From Hamiltosporidium tvaerminnensis FI-OER-3-3 (lineage: Eukaryota > Fungi > Microsporidia), in contig CM061253.1 of NCBI GenBank assembly GCA_022605425.2, positions 62,001 to 126,000 of the forward strand: a stretch of 64,000 bases of DNA, in the 5' to 3' direction. Under the pieces are notes generated by a model. That model ran no database searches. It was not told the origin of the DNA and worked only from the letters and a program-made list of their open reading frames with translations. Shown here one piece after another: positions 39,591-53,019 of the stretch. Each line of letters opens with the position of its first letter. Within the stretch, counting starts at the first letter, position 1. The position numbers were made by a program, and so were the translations under genes.

Positions 39591-40929
39591 GCTTTACATG
39601 CTCTATAAAATATATACTTTTCTGCGTTTCTTTGTCTCTCTTTCTCCTAATCTAAAGAGGGAAGGCTAGGTCTCTATGCTTATACATTATAATTATCATA
39701 AAGTTCAATGGTTTTCTTCATTTTATTTTTATAAAAAAAATACAAACTATGCTTTTAGAAAAAAGTTTTAGCATTTTGTAGACTTTCTCCTCTTTATAGT
39801 TTTTTATAAAATACCGAATATTAAGTGTGATTATCATTCTAAAAGAAATCTTTAGATATCATTTTTGCATGTTTCAAATACAAATTTCATCAGATTGTTT
39901 TTAAAAGTGTTATTCTCGACACAATCTTAAAAATAATATAAATATTTTTCTAAAATAGTAAGAAGAAGATAAATATTTGTGTATAGCTTACACGAAATTA
40001 CTATAAAAAAACCAGAATTAAGGGTTTTTTGCTGTTTTCTTCTAAAAAAAGGAATATCTATGCGAATTATTTTTTTATTTATTCTATTTCTTTAAACACT
40101 TGCTCTATTGGTCTTAAGCTAGGTGGTTTTTATTTTATTCTTATATTTGATTAAAAATGAATGGTAACCCATAGCATCAGAATAAACGTTTTTTTTTGCA
40201 TGATTTAACAAGAAAACGACACTAAAGACTGGTTTTCTATAAATTCTTATATTGACTTGCAAGTACGCAATTCGACATGTATTTAACCTGATGATAAATA
40301 AAATGCATTTTCTCCTGCTTGGCTTCATATTTCTGGTTTTCAGATCTAAAGTCTGGGGTTTTGATTAATATGCTAGGCTGTTCGTGCTTATCAAAAAAAT
40401 AACATAGCATTATGGGTTAGTTATTTTTTAAACAGATTTTTATCATTACCTGCAATAGAAATTATTGTATAATATTAAATTATAAAAAAAAGTTTTGTGG
40501 CTTTGAGTCTTAGGAGATATAAAGATCACTTCTTAATGAACTTTACGTTGTGTTAGTTGCTCTTCAACTGCTAAATAAACGCACCTTTATTTTTTTTAGT
40601 TAAAATCTAGTAGTGTACCTTACTGTGATCTCGTTTTATTTTTATATTAGGTTGTTTCTTTCTTTATAGATGGAATACAATCCACGGGGAATTAGAGCTT
40701 CGTTAAGGGTAGGCGTCTCAGAGACATGTCTTCTTTTGATTGGCAAGGCTTCGGCAAAACATAAACTTTCTTTTTAAAAGATTAAGAGCGTATTACCATG
40801 AAACAAACCAGCATTTCATAAACAAATTTTGATATTCTCTCTAGCTAATGCGTTGTATTTTCTTATTTCCCTAATTTAACTTAATATTCGTACCGACAAA
40901 ACAAAATAGATAATAAATACAGAAAGAAA

Positions 40930-41535
40930 AAACAGAAGTGGAGTTGTTTTTGCTTTATGTAGTAATATCAAGTTTTGTCTGAGGAAACTACATATCTCGC
41001 GAATCAATAGTATCAAATGCTTCTTCTTAAACTAATCATTCTCTGAATCTCGGAATAGTCTGTAGATTTTAGGAACGAAATTTCAAGCTTAAAAACGAGG
41101 ATGTAAATTCCAATATAATTTATTATAGAAATTAAGAGCTGGACAGGATGTAAGATACATAAAATTTTTATGTAACAATAATTTCCTGGGAAACATGGTA
41201 AACTAATTAAAGAAGTAGAATTATTCAAATCTTATCAAAAAATAAATCTTGGGGATATTGCCTTAAAGGTTTCAATACATTTTAAATGATTTATTTATCT
41301 CCAAACACAGTAGCAAGAAGATTTATGGACATTACATTCTATATAAATCAGACCCTCGGATAGTTTTATTTGGCTCTGGATGTGCTAAATGATATTTCAA
41401 ATATTACTGAGAATTTATTTTATTCGAAAATTTTATTGACAAATAGAAGGTTTGTAAAGAACCATTAGATGTTTTTAGTATTCAAAGCACGGCCAATGGA
41501 CAAGATATTTTTGATCAAGTCGAAAAATCATAGAA
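40930..41535 (+). mobile_element. hAT (GTF2IRD2/SPIN/Buster-type) transposase remnant
   Basis: GKHGKLIKEVELFK, LSPNTVARRFMDI, YLALDVLNDISN..KEPLDVFSIQSTANGQDIFDQVEKS. Confidence 0.75.
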
Positions 41536-42759
41536 GGTGATATTCAAATTATATTACAACTAAATAAGGAAAGATATAATGCGAGGAAATATGTTTTTGT
41601 TACTCTTATATTTCAATTAGGAGATTAAGGTAATTAAAAATCATTTATAATACATTTATTATTTCTAAAAAATCGTTATATGGAGTATACTTGAAACTGT
41701 CACAGCTTATATACCAGTCATTTTACCTTCAACTATATAGAATTGCACGTACTTAAAACTCGTCAATTACGTGAGTAAATTTGGGAAATTTCCGAAGATG
41801 ATTTACAACAGACTAGTTCAGTTCGCTAACTTGCCGTACAAACATTTATATGCAGTTTTAAAGTTATTGCAATCATTCAATTTTTTCTGAAATGAATCAG
41901 CTTCTTTCTGATTCACAAAGCAATAAATGAGTATGGAAGTTGTTTTTTTGTACGGATTTAACTGAATTATCGAAGCATTATAATTTTAAATCTCAAAGAA
42001 ATAAAAAAAGACAGAGCCCGAATTTTAAATCATATTTAAAAATTCTATCAAAATAGTCTTCTTTATGCGAGGGCTCGAACAAATGTCTTATTCATTTGAA
42101 TAGGTGCGCAATATTTATTCAAAAAAAATGAAGCTGTTTATAAGACCTGTAATAAAAACTTTAGATACTTTGAAAATATATTTTGATGTAGTTTTTCTGG
42201 TTTCATTTTGCAAAAAAATCATATTTAAATTCTTTAAATCTCTTTTCGGCTGATCTTGAAAGGCTAGTACCGGAGTTTAATTGTAAGTAATACATATGCA
42301 ATGCACAAATGCTTTTTAAAAAAATAATTGAATTCAAAAATAATTGAATTGGATAAGAGTCTTTTAACTTCGTATTTACACCAAGTTCATACATTTTCTC
42401 GAAGGTTTATTTACGCTTTTAACAAAATCTATCTGTTTGAAGAAACATTCACTAAAATAAAATATAAAAAAATGTTGAAAAGCTAAATAAGAGACAAACA
42501 CTTGGTCTTTTTATTGATTATTTCTCCAATAAATTTAACTGAATTTATTACATGTTGGGGAACTCCTTAACTATATTAATTTCTGAAAAAATATGCTTTT
42601 ATTTTTTGTTATTATATTTTTTGACATGAAATGATGAAAAATATGATAAATTGTTTAAAAAATGTAGAAAACCATATTAATTCTCTTTTATTACAGCTTC
42701 TTCATAAAAATACCTAAATATTTTCTTTCTTTGTATTAATTTTTGTATTTATTTCTTTT

Positions 42760-44582
42760 TATTGTGTATTGATCTATGGAGCCGAAAGCTTAATGAAAAA
42801 AACCCAAAGATGACATTAAAGACATATGCAGAATCTCGTGAGGCTAATAATATTATTATTTGATGATCTCTGATCCCTGAAAAAGATGAACAAACATTTT
42901 AGAAAATGACGGAAGAGGTGAATGAAAAATATACGATTAGAAATAAACAAAGAGAAATCGGCTACAAAAAACCCGTGTTTTGAAGATACAGCCACTCTTT
43001 TTCAATGAAAAGGTTATTAAAAATACTTAAGAACAAAGGAAAATAGCAGAGGAATCCCAAGAAGTATGTCGTTCGAGGAAGTACAATAAAACATAAAGCA
43101 CGAGTAAAAAAACTTTTTCGCAACAAAATTGAATGCTAAAAAATTATTTTCTGCAAAAAATCAACATTCGATATTGTCAACCCACTGCCAAATAGAAGTA
43201 CCTTTTCTTTAACAACTGACTTCTTTAAGTTAGATTATGCAGTGCATGCACTGCTAGTACAGAATAAATGCATCTACGCCTAGGATGTAAATAACGTCTA
43301 TACTTTCCCCGTAAAGAACTATGAAGAATTTTATATAGTGTAGACTTTAAAAGCGAATATGATTTTGCAACACTTGGATTGTCTTAAAAAACATAAAAAT
43401 ACATCGACCAGAAGAGCAGCAATCCTAAAGGTTGAAAATAATTATAAAACCCACTTTTCACTAAAAAAACTTTTTAAAAATTAAATACGAGTTGGAAAAG
43501 AAGTCACAAAGAAGAATTTTGAAGAAGCTCAACTAGCTAACCTATATAACGAAATCAAAAACCGAAAAGTACATTCAATGTTATAAAGCTAGTAATAACG
43601 AGCTGGTAAGTGTAAATGACTCCTCAAGAGGGTTAAAGAAAGGAAGAGTAAGACCACCTGATGAAGCAGTGTTCTGTTCTATATAAGATAGAAGTAGATT
43701 GCCGCGGTGCCGAAGGTATTTCACACACAGCAACTAAATCTGTCTAACGGTAGACTCTTAGCAACAAAATGTAAGAAAAAGCCTGGAGTGACTATACTAG
43801 ACCAAATAATGAAGTTGCACAATACAAATACTTACTCCTATTAAATAAATATTAATTCAAGTCTTTAAAACAAATTAGGAGTCACTCAGTTCAAGAAATT
43901 ATTGATAATGAGTATGCAGAGATAAGAGTGGACACCAGAATAAAAACTGATGTTAATTTCGGAATAACAGACCCGACATATTTATTACTGATAAGAAGAA
44001 GAATAAGATAACCCTCATTAAAGCAGGAATCTCATACTAAAACTTTCTTCAAATAGTTGAAAAGGAGAAACTTTAGAAGTACGAACTAGTAGCAAATAAG
44101 TTCGCCATCGTTCATAAATGTAGTGTAGAGATAGTTTCTTATGTGATGACTTGGAACGTTATTGGAACAAAATACCATAAGATGTTGTTAAAAGACTACA
44201 AATACCCATGAATGTAGAGGCAGTTATACAATCTATAGTACTCAAAAAGACGGTCGAAAAAATTTCTTTTGGTCAACGATGAGGACTTGAGTCAGGACTA
44301 AATACCGAAGAGAGCTGGGAGAGAGCGTCAATTGGTGTTATTATGAGATCAGAGATACATGAGGAACCAATACCCCCTTTAAAAGAAGCGAAAAGAGAGG
44401 AAGATGGTGTTAAAACGGAAATTAGAAAAAGTCTTTTACCCCTTATTTTAGATAGCATAATCACAGCAGAGGAATACAATTAATGCAAATGAAAACTCGG
44501 ATTTAGAAGAAATGATGGAAGTGGTTGAAATAGTAAAATAATTATTTAAAAGATAAAATTTGTTAACCCAGAATTTTATTGT
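42760..44582 (+). mobile_element. 5'-truncated, decayed RLE family copy with patches of near identity to young copies
   Basis: Collinear with 11300-13155 from gccgaaagcttaatgaaaaa to ttaacccagaatttt. Confidence 0.9.
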
Positions 44583-45061
44583 ATAAATGTATATCTCAAA
44601 TTACTTTATTATAAAAATAATTTACGACAAACCTAATTTGCTATATTATATTCTAAGTTAGTATTGAATTTTATCAATTAATGTCTTTTGAATATACTTC
44701 GTTCAAATTTACTTATTTTATTTATCTAGAAAGAAATACAATATTTTTATCAAGTACAAATTAAAAAAAATAATCTCTAAATAAAATATTTAGTAATCGA
44801 TCGGTATTGGAGGTTTATTGTAAGAGTTTACGTGATTTGTTGACAAACCAACCAAATAAGTTCATTTTATATTGAAATCCTCCTGTTCTACATATACATT
44901 CATTCTGCTATAATGTAGATTAAGTAAAATTTAGATGTTTATAATCTTATCGAATTACGTTATAGTTTATTTCAAAAACTATAAAAAGTCAAAAATTGGT
45001 TTTTTAAGAGAATATATAAATTGATTTTGATTTAAAATTTATTTAATTAAACATTACATGG

Positions 45062-45190
45062 TTGCGTTGGGCTGAAAACTTAACCAATCCAAAGAAAAAT
45101 CTATTTGGAAAACCTGTTTTTTTGGCAAATTTATGATTCATTCTTGGATTGTGTTTCTTACACAAGGAAGAAGCGAGCTATTAAAAAATA
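45062..45190 (+). repeat. ~125-bp retroposed repeat E, copy 2
   Basis: TSD TACATGG at 45055-45061 and 45191-45197; absent at the paralogous site near 22600. Confidence 0.8.
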
Positions 45191-45349
45191 TACATGGCGA
45201 CATATATTTTAATTCGTTTTAAATTATTTCATAATTTAAAAATAAAGACATATTTATTTTTAATGTTGGAAGGAAATTTAGAAATCCTCAAAAATATTTT
45301 TAATTTATATTTAAAATTTAAACGTATATTTATTTGAAATTTCGTAACT

Positions 45350-46880
45350 ATGAATTCTATTCTTGCTTTGTTCTATTACATAGGTTTTGCAGTTTCGATA
45401 AACGTATATTCACTTCTTACGTTTTATGGTAAATATACACGTACACAAAACAAATTTAATTTAAATTATAACGACAATGACTCAGAAAATAACCCAAATA
45501 TTTCGCGGTTAAACAAACTGAAGCAAGAAATAGATGTTCCGAGGATTATATCTAATATAGAAAAAATTAAAAAGCAAAAAACGACTCCAAAACCCCGTGA
45601 CTCAACCATTTCCTTAGATCTTATTAACTCTTATCCTATTTTTCTCTTGTATAATTAAAAAGTATATATTGTTTTAAAATTATTTTTTTTTAATTTAAAC
45701 GTGTTGTTACTTACTAACTTATTTGCTCAATGGCTTAGAGCTGACTGCGAGATTAAACCATTTTTTCTAAAACTTCTTCTTTTTGTGATCAATAGACTGT
45801 AATATTCGTTTATACCAAGGATATTGTGATTTTTATATTTCCTTATGCAAGTAATTTTTGTACGAAAATAAAGTCGTCAACGGTCGAAATAACATTTTAA
45901 GTTATTTTTAAACTCGTGTTTCGGACGTTTTTAAATATAGCACATCTGACATCTGGGGCTTTTTACCTCGTTTACAAATTTGAAATTTCATAGTATTTTT
46001 GAAACCGATATTCCCGGAGGTTCTCAGTCATCTTAATAGGTTATTGCTAATTCATACATGAAATTAAAGATGGTTTACCATACATCCATCGTCGCTTCGT
46101 TACGTTTGGCGAATTTCTATGTCTTACAAGCATGTATTCCTTTGTCTAAGAAAGGCTTGATATATGTCTTGGCTACCATCGTTTAATTGTGACAACCGAT
46201 TTGCAATTTATAGTGGGTTCATGTATGCGAGTAATACTAGATAAAGTCTTTACTTTTCCTGTGCAGTTGTAGTTTTAATTCTTTTTGAGATACCTAGATA
46301 CTATCCGATTAGATGGTTTTTAAACAATATTTACGGTGTTTAAGATATGGTTAATAACTAGTTAATCACATAAACGTGCTTTTATTCATTTATTTAGACC
46401 AATTTTTTTATATGTGCTCTACTTATTTCTTTTCAAGCATCGCCCGAATTTCTCACTATTCTACCGATGTTTTGAGGATATATCAAAGATCCTATCTTTT
46501 TTTTTACAGAGTTTCTTTCATGCTATTTCTAAGATTTAAATAGCTTTTTAGAGCTTTAATTTAAGACAAACAAAGAATCTCTTTATATCAAAGCATGGCA
46601 CTTAACAAACTTTCTGAAACCACCTTTTCTTGCCGAATTTATCTTAAAACTTTGTTGATTAGGCTTTATTATGCTATTTTTCTACGTAGCATACTATATT
46701 TGTCACTTTGTTACAATATTCATTTGAAAGGATAAATAAAATATGTCAATTAACTGCAGATTATTTTAAAACTTATGAATATTACAAAGCTTGGATATCA
46801 TTGCACCCATATTCTCGATCAAATTTTCACAAGACATGAAACAAATAATAAATTATGTTTATATTAACTTCTAAGTTAAC
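45350..46880 (+). pseudogene. Decayed paralog of the 22756 gene (first 102 codons open)
   Basis: MNSILALFYYIGFAVSINVYSLL; downstream homology continues through stops. Confidence 0.5.
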
Positions 46881-46949
46881 AAATATTCTATCTTTTTTAC
46901 AATTTTTTTGATCATTTTTAACACCCTCTACTTTTCTTCAAATTATAAA

Positions 46950-49330
46950 GATTCTTTAAATAGGCTTGTGCCTCCAAATATGTTATGAATCTAAAATAAA
47001 AAATAAAATACTTTTCTGTATTTGCTTGTTTAACACATCTTTTTTGTTATTCGCTTGCCCTAGGAAGTTTTTTGATAGTTAAAGAATCTAAGATTTAAAA
47101 ATACAACTTTATGGCTCACTTTAATAGCTCTCTTCGGAATTTTCTTCTGACTGCTATTCTCTTTATCTATCAAAGAAAATAGTTTTATTCTCTCCTTATA
47201 AGCTTTCGACACAATATATGCTTCATAATTGCTGAAATTTTAGTCTTCACGCTACTTCTTTTGGTATTTTTAAACAACCCCATTTATGTTATTGAATAGA
47301 GGATTACCATAACCTTATATTTATTATGTAATCTAATCTGTTTTTGAAGCCTCAAATTTGTTCGTTTCTCTGTTAAATCATTTTAAATATGTCTCTAGTT
47401 CTTATTTCACTCCATGTGGATCATCTATTTTTGCTCTTATCAAAAATAAATTTCTAAACCCTTTATTGCAACAATCGATATCTTTTTTATCAGTATTTCT
47501 CTTTTCTACCTCTAACTCGTTTTCAAAGAGTCCTTCAACGGATTTAGACCTATTTTTTTACAAGCTTAATCTATATGCAAATACATACATGCTCGAGATA
47601 TCTAACCCTTCCTTATGCCGTCGAATTTTCTTTAAAATGTAATTCTACTACATAATAACTAATCAATAATTTTTTAATAACTATAAAATTATATCATATT
47701 TAACTCATGAATGATAGAAAAAGGTAAGGAATATAAGAACTCTAAAAACAATACTACTTTTTTTGAGAAAAAATATTTCTTAACAAATCTTAGTTACCCG
47801 TTGCAGATAGATATTTCGAAAATAGAAGTAGTATCTGTCATAGGTTGGTTTAATTTTGATGGCAGGCGAGAGGTTATAACAATGGCATGCGTTTTATCAT
47901 TTTGTTGCATAAAGCGTAATGTTTAATGACTGACTACGATGTTACATATACATAAGCTCCCCATAATACATATATACTTAAAATATAGCAGAATACTTTT
48001 CTCATGTGCTCTTTAGAATGATTTCTTGACCATATTGGGGAGTAATTTACCTAATCTAGCTCTTTATTTTATATATAATGTCATTTTCATATTGGTTTTC
48101 ATTGTTATTTCTTTAATAAGTTAAGTGACTAAGCTTCTTCATCTCATTCCTCGAATTTTCATTTATAATTTTATTTCACCTTTAAGAAGCTTTATATAAG
48201 TACAATATCATGTTTGGTATTTCTCTACCACGTAGAATTTCTGCTTTTTTTATGATGTTTCTTTTTGTCTTTGATTATCGGAAAGTAGCTTTGAGTATAT
48301 TTTTACTTTGAACTCTATACTAACTTAAAGTCTTCAATATTTTCAGCTGGAAATTTAGAAGTTCTTTACATAGTTGAGATTGATGTATCTTTTTCATTAT
48401 TAGCAAAGCACTTTGATTCTTTCAAATTCAAAAATTCGCCTGGTCGAAGCCATAGTAAAGATATACGATGCTTTTTAGAAGAGGTTTCCTGGTTCTTGAT
48501 TGCTTAGAATATATTTCTTGATTTAATTCAATCTTATAAAATTTCTCTAATCTTTAAACGGTTTTATATTTTATTTTTAAATGAACTGCTTGCTGGGGTA
48601 CCAATGATATATTTTATTACTACAGGGTAGTTTCAAGCAGTTATTATTCAAGAAGAGATGCTTTATTTTATGAGAATGGATCGTTTAGGGCTTAATTCTC
48701 TCTATATGTTTCCAATCTTATATTTTTCTTAGTCAATTACTCTTGTCGGTCTTTTTTTTTGATTTTTATTTAACTTTTGCTAGGATCTTGAAATCAATAA
48801 TAAATTCGATATAAATAATGAGTGAATTCGTGATCTTTTTCTTTTGTCACCTTTTTGTATTTACCAGTGGGCTTTTGGCTTAATAAATACATATAAAACA
48901 CAAAAAAATGAGGTAAATACATATAGTAAAGTACTATTTTCTTTAATATGTTCTTTTTCATAATTTTTTACCTCTAATCTAATTTTCCAGCGCATTCTTT
49001 TTACCAAAAATCATATCTACTCAGGAAATAAATATTTCTATGCATTCTGTTAGATAACTATAAAGTACTGATTCTAATCAGTTTTTCCATAGTCCTATGT
49101 TTTCTAAGGATGTTCTCGTTTTCTGTATTAAAGAAATGCAATGATGACATTGTACTTTTCTTCTCACTGCACCCAACTGAGTATCTGATAAAACTCTGGT
49201 ATTTCACTCTGTTACTTACAACTTTCGTCACAATTTCTCACTTCGGCTTATACAAGTTTGAAATATATAGGCTAAATGCTCAGAACTTTGCTTTGGTCTA
49301 AATTCGGGTATCAGATAGCTGCCTATAATA
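46950..49330 (-). mobile_element. Old, heavily decayed RLE family sequence (RT through 3' end)
   Basis: Minus-strand remnants of SNLYK, QLGAVR, FVL..LS.K, KIH...CKE, VFCYI...WGA, RRH.E and SFDR..EES. Confidence 0.7.
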
Positions 49331-50198
49331 CTAATTTTAAACCCAAAGGGTCATTCCAAACACAAGACTTGTAGAATTTCATAAAGTATACAGGAAGAAT
49401 CGCAGCATTTTTGAAATATAATTTTGCAATATTCGGGGAATTTTCTTTGTATAACAGATAAATGATATCCGAAGACCGATCAAATGAATGAAATGGCCTG
49501 ATTAATACCCGAACAAATGAAACCAAACCCTAATCATATGTACACAAGTTGTCTTTTTCGTTTTACTGTAGATTAAAATTTCGTTACGTTTGACACGAAG
49601 CTCGATGTTTCATGCCTAGATAACAGGCGAAAAAAGTAACTTCAGCATAACATAACACAAACATAGTTTATCTTTTGGGTATCTCTCTCTACTCTCATAA
49701 TTCTCATTTATTTTTTTAAAGATTTCCATCGTCTTTCTTTTAAATAAGAGCAATTGAAGATCACCTAAACTGCTCATCTTAAATTATGCTTTCACTTGGT
49801 TTTTGTAAACATTTTTTCATCGAAGCGATAGGTTTTGCTTCTTAGGCATTCTCGGGGAGATCCTTGCAAGGTAAATACTCAAAACTTTCCTGATATATTT
49901 TACTTTCAAATTATCTAGGTTTTAATAAAGCATCTTTTGCATGATACCAGGCTTTTTAAATACTTCTTGTTTTGCGATTAGAGTCTTCGGAACATAATAC
50001 TAAACATTTTACGAGTAATTTGGTGAATAGAACGCACTCTTTAAAAAAGAAACACTATTTTTACAATATTTGTTTCTGAGATGAAAAAAACCAAACAAAA
50101 GCAAATCATACAAAAACTATCTATAGTAAAGAAAAAACCGATAACAAGATTTTTATGCTAAATAAAGCAATCCAAAACCTAACGAAATAGCCAACTTT

Positions 50199-50320
50199 TT
50201 TGAATAAATCGTTCTGCTCTACGGATTGAACACAATTCAATAATGAATTATAAATTCGCGGTGTTATAGGCGTTCTAAAGACAAATTACCTTTGATTGAT
50301 TAGGTTGTCAGCCTAGCGCA
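50199..50320 (-). repeat. ~125-bp retroposed repeat E, copy 3
   Basis: Reverse complement gcgctaggctgacaacctaatcaatc..gtctttagaacgcctataac..; possible TSD AACTTT at 50193 and 50321. Confidence 0.7.
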
Positions 50321-50692
50321 AACTTTCCGAACGAAAGATAAAAAGAGCATTTACAGGAGAACGAAAAACAACTAAACTTGTATAAAATATATTTATTAAG
50401 TTAATCTTTTAATAAGAAGATTACTATCTCAGTAAAATTTATTTTACTGTCCAAATAAAGTCCTCATTTGCAGTTATAAATTAAAATCATAAAGACAAAG
50501 CTTATTAAAAGAAATATTGAAGCTATGATAAAAAAACCTTTATCTTTTTTAATTAATAATAATATGCGATAAAAAAAGGAAATCGAGATAACATTAAATA
50601 AATTAAAATTGATTTTTTTGACAGTAATATATATGTAACAAATAAATCGGTGGGTATGAATAGGTGTCCGATTTTAAGTAGTATATCTGACA

Positions 50693-51181
50693 ATGAAAGC
50701 TATAGGAATGGAACAAGAGCAAATGCTTTTTAATCAACAAGTGAACAGAGTATTATGCAAACTTGACCAAAATCGTATAAATAACAATATTGTTGTTACT
50801 ACCTATTCTCTAGCCGAACGAACACTAATTCAGCCATCGATCCTACCAGAATTTGATAATGATAATAGCCTTCGAATTTTGAATCTTGAATCATCTAATA
50901 GTCATCGAAACAACATTTGCGTTTTAAAGCTAGAATTTAAATATATTTTCATGCTTTTGATTGAAAATACACTTTTCATATCTTTATCAGTAATGTCAAA
51001 TAATAATGACATTTTTACAATTGTTTTTTCCCTTTACTATATGATAATTATATTTATATTTTACAAGTATATGAGAGGAAGTAAAGATTTCAATTATCTA
51101 GTGTTTGGTCTTTCCATTTTTTTTATACTGGTGAATATTTTTATGCTACGCATTTTTTTAAATATTTTATTAAAAAATTAA
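50693..51181 (+). CDS. Small membrane protein, family A (polar N-terminus, ~3 C-terminal TM helices), intact copy
   Basis: 162-aa ORF; paralogs at 26405-26914 and 60950-61474. Confidence 0.75.
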   Translation: MKAIGMEQEQMLFNQQVNRVLCKLDQNRINNNIVVTTYSLAERTLIQPSILPEFDNDNSLRILNLESSNSHRNNICVLKLEFKYIFMLLIENTLFISLSVMSNNNDIFTIVFSLYYMIIIFIFYKYMRGSKDFNYLVFGLSIFFILVNIFMLRIFLNILLKN

Positions 51182-51289
51182 AACTTCTATTGAGTTGATA
51201 TATTTTTTTTATATATTTTATTGTTGCTATTTTTACAAGAGCTGATGAATAATGGTTTTTAACTGTTATTATTATTAAATTAAAACTGG

Positions 51290-51600
51290 GAGATCTAAGA
51301 CAAAAAAACTGTGTTGTAATTTTACCCCCATTTTTTTAGATGTTGATTTTTTCAATAGATGAGCATAAAAAAGATATCAAAGGTGATTTTCCTGTTAATC
51401 ATTATAATAGGCACCATAAAAGCAAATAGAAAGGGTTGAAAGGCTTTGTCGTTAGAGGTAGCGTCAAAAACCATGTTATCTTTGCAAATTAACAAATCAA
51501 TATCGTTAATTATTTATCATATAGAACTACTTTGACTTGAACAGGTTGTGCACTCTTAAGTTGAATGATGCAATGTGTGCGATGTTGGCAAAAAAAATTA
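51290..51600 (+). mobile_element. Probable piggyBac transposase remnant
   Basis: IGTIKANRKG resembles piggyBac GTxRxNRKG; the rest is badly decayed. Confidence 0.4.
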
Positions 51601-52199
51601 TACACTTCGGACTAGTTGGAAAGAGAGTTTACCTTTTTGATTCGGAACTTAGAAGTGGCCTTACAATTTGATTCGAAGTTACAATGTGATTCTGCCGGTA
51701 TAGAATTGTCTGGTAAAAAAGGTTAAGAAATATAATTCTGAAGCCATAAATCCTTAAGCTGATAATACAAAAAATTTCCATATTGTTTTTTAGAAATTTC
51801 TTTGATTTAATTTATAAGTAGATAAAATAATTCTGTAGCTTCTCAACTTGTAAAATTCTACATTAAATTAAAAAAGCGAAAACCTTATAAAAATTTATAT
51901 ACGTCGAAGAAAACGAGCTTGTAAGTGTTATTGCTCCTCTAAATGGCGAGAAAATGGAATATAAGAAACGGTTTTGCTGCTATATCTAAGCTAAAATATA
52001 TTCCTGAGGGCAAAAAGTATGTTAAACACTGTAATAAATTTGGTAAACAGTAGAAAGTTAAGCAACGAGATTAGAAAAATTAGTTGGTCATGACTAAACT
52101 AAACAAAATACTGAAGAAACACGATACATGCCTTTTTTTCCTAATAAAATGATATAAATATAAACCTTCAAACGCATTAGGAATTACCCAGTTCAAAAA

Positions 52200-52880
52200 A
52201 TTCATAATAACCAGAAAGCAAAAGCAGGTATAGACAATAGGATAACAACTGATGCTGAAAGTTGGAATAATAAGCCTGTTATATTATTTTTGGACAGAAG
52301 ATGGAATATATAAACCTCATTTAAGTATGTTTTACTTTCTAAGATCCACTTCAAATAGTTAAAACGGAGAAGATTAATAATTATGACCTAATAGAAATGA
52401 GTTAAGTCTTAACTATAAATTAGTTAGGAGATACTTCTGTAAGAGATGGTCTAGGACGATATTGTAAAAAAATACCACAAGACGTTTCTTAAAAGATTGC
52501 AAATATCTTATGGATGTAGAGGAATACATCTAATTGATAGTGTATATAACGACTTCGGTCAATTTCTTTTCATTGACGAAGAAAACTTAAGTCGGAACTA
52601 AAATCTTAAGAGAGCTATAAAGTGCGTCATCTAGTGTTATTATAGAGCCGAGTCGCATAAACAGCCATAAATTACTTCAAAGCAAATGAATAAGCGGAAT
52701 ATAGTGGCTAACGATTAAATACAAATTTTATTCTTTCATATTTTAGATGGGATAAACATACCGGAGGAACCATAAATATAGATAAATACAGTGTCGAATT
52801 TAGAGGAAGACTTTAGGGTGTAAAATAATGCGAAAAAATATTGAAAATAAAGAACTATTAACCTATAATTATATTTAATT
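52200..52880 (+). mobile_element. Decayed 3' fragment of the RLE family
   Basis: aactgatgctgaaagttggaataataagcctg, gatccacttcaaatagtt, gatgtagaggaatacat, gacgaagaaaacttaagtcgg. Confidence 0.75.
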
Positions 52881-53019
52881 GGGATTTAAAAGCGGTTAGT
52901 GATTATTTCTTTTATTCTCTGTAATCAAGATCAAATAGAGAAATTTGTTTAAAATTATATAATAAGTCTTTATTTAAAAGCATCACATGTTTTTAAAATA
53001 TTGGCAAGTATTAACTTTG

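Larger units (their letters stand above)
44750..47690 (+). repeat. Segmental duplication D, copy 2
   Basis: See 22280-25140; includes an old minus-strand RLE fragment at the equivalent position. Confidence 0.8.
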
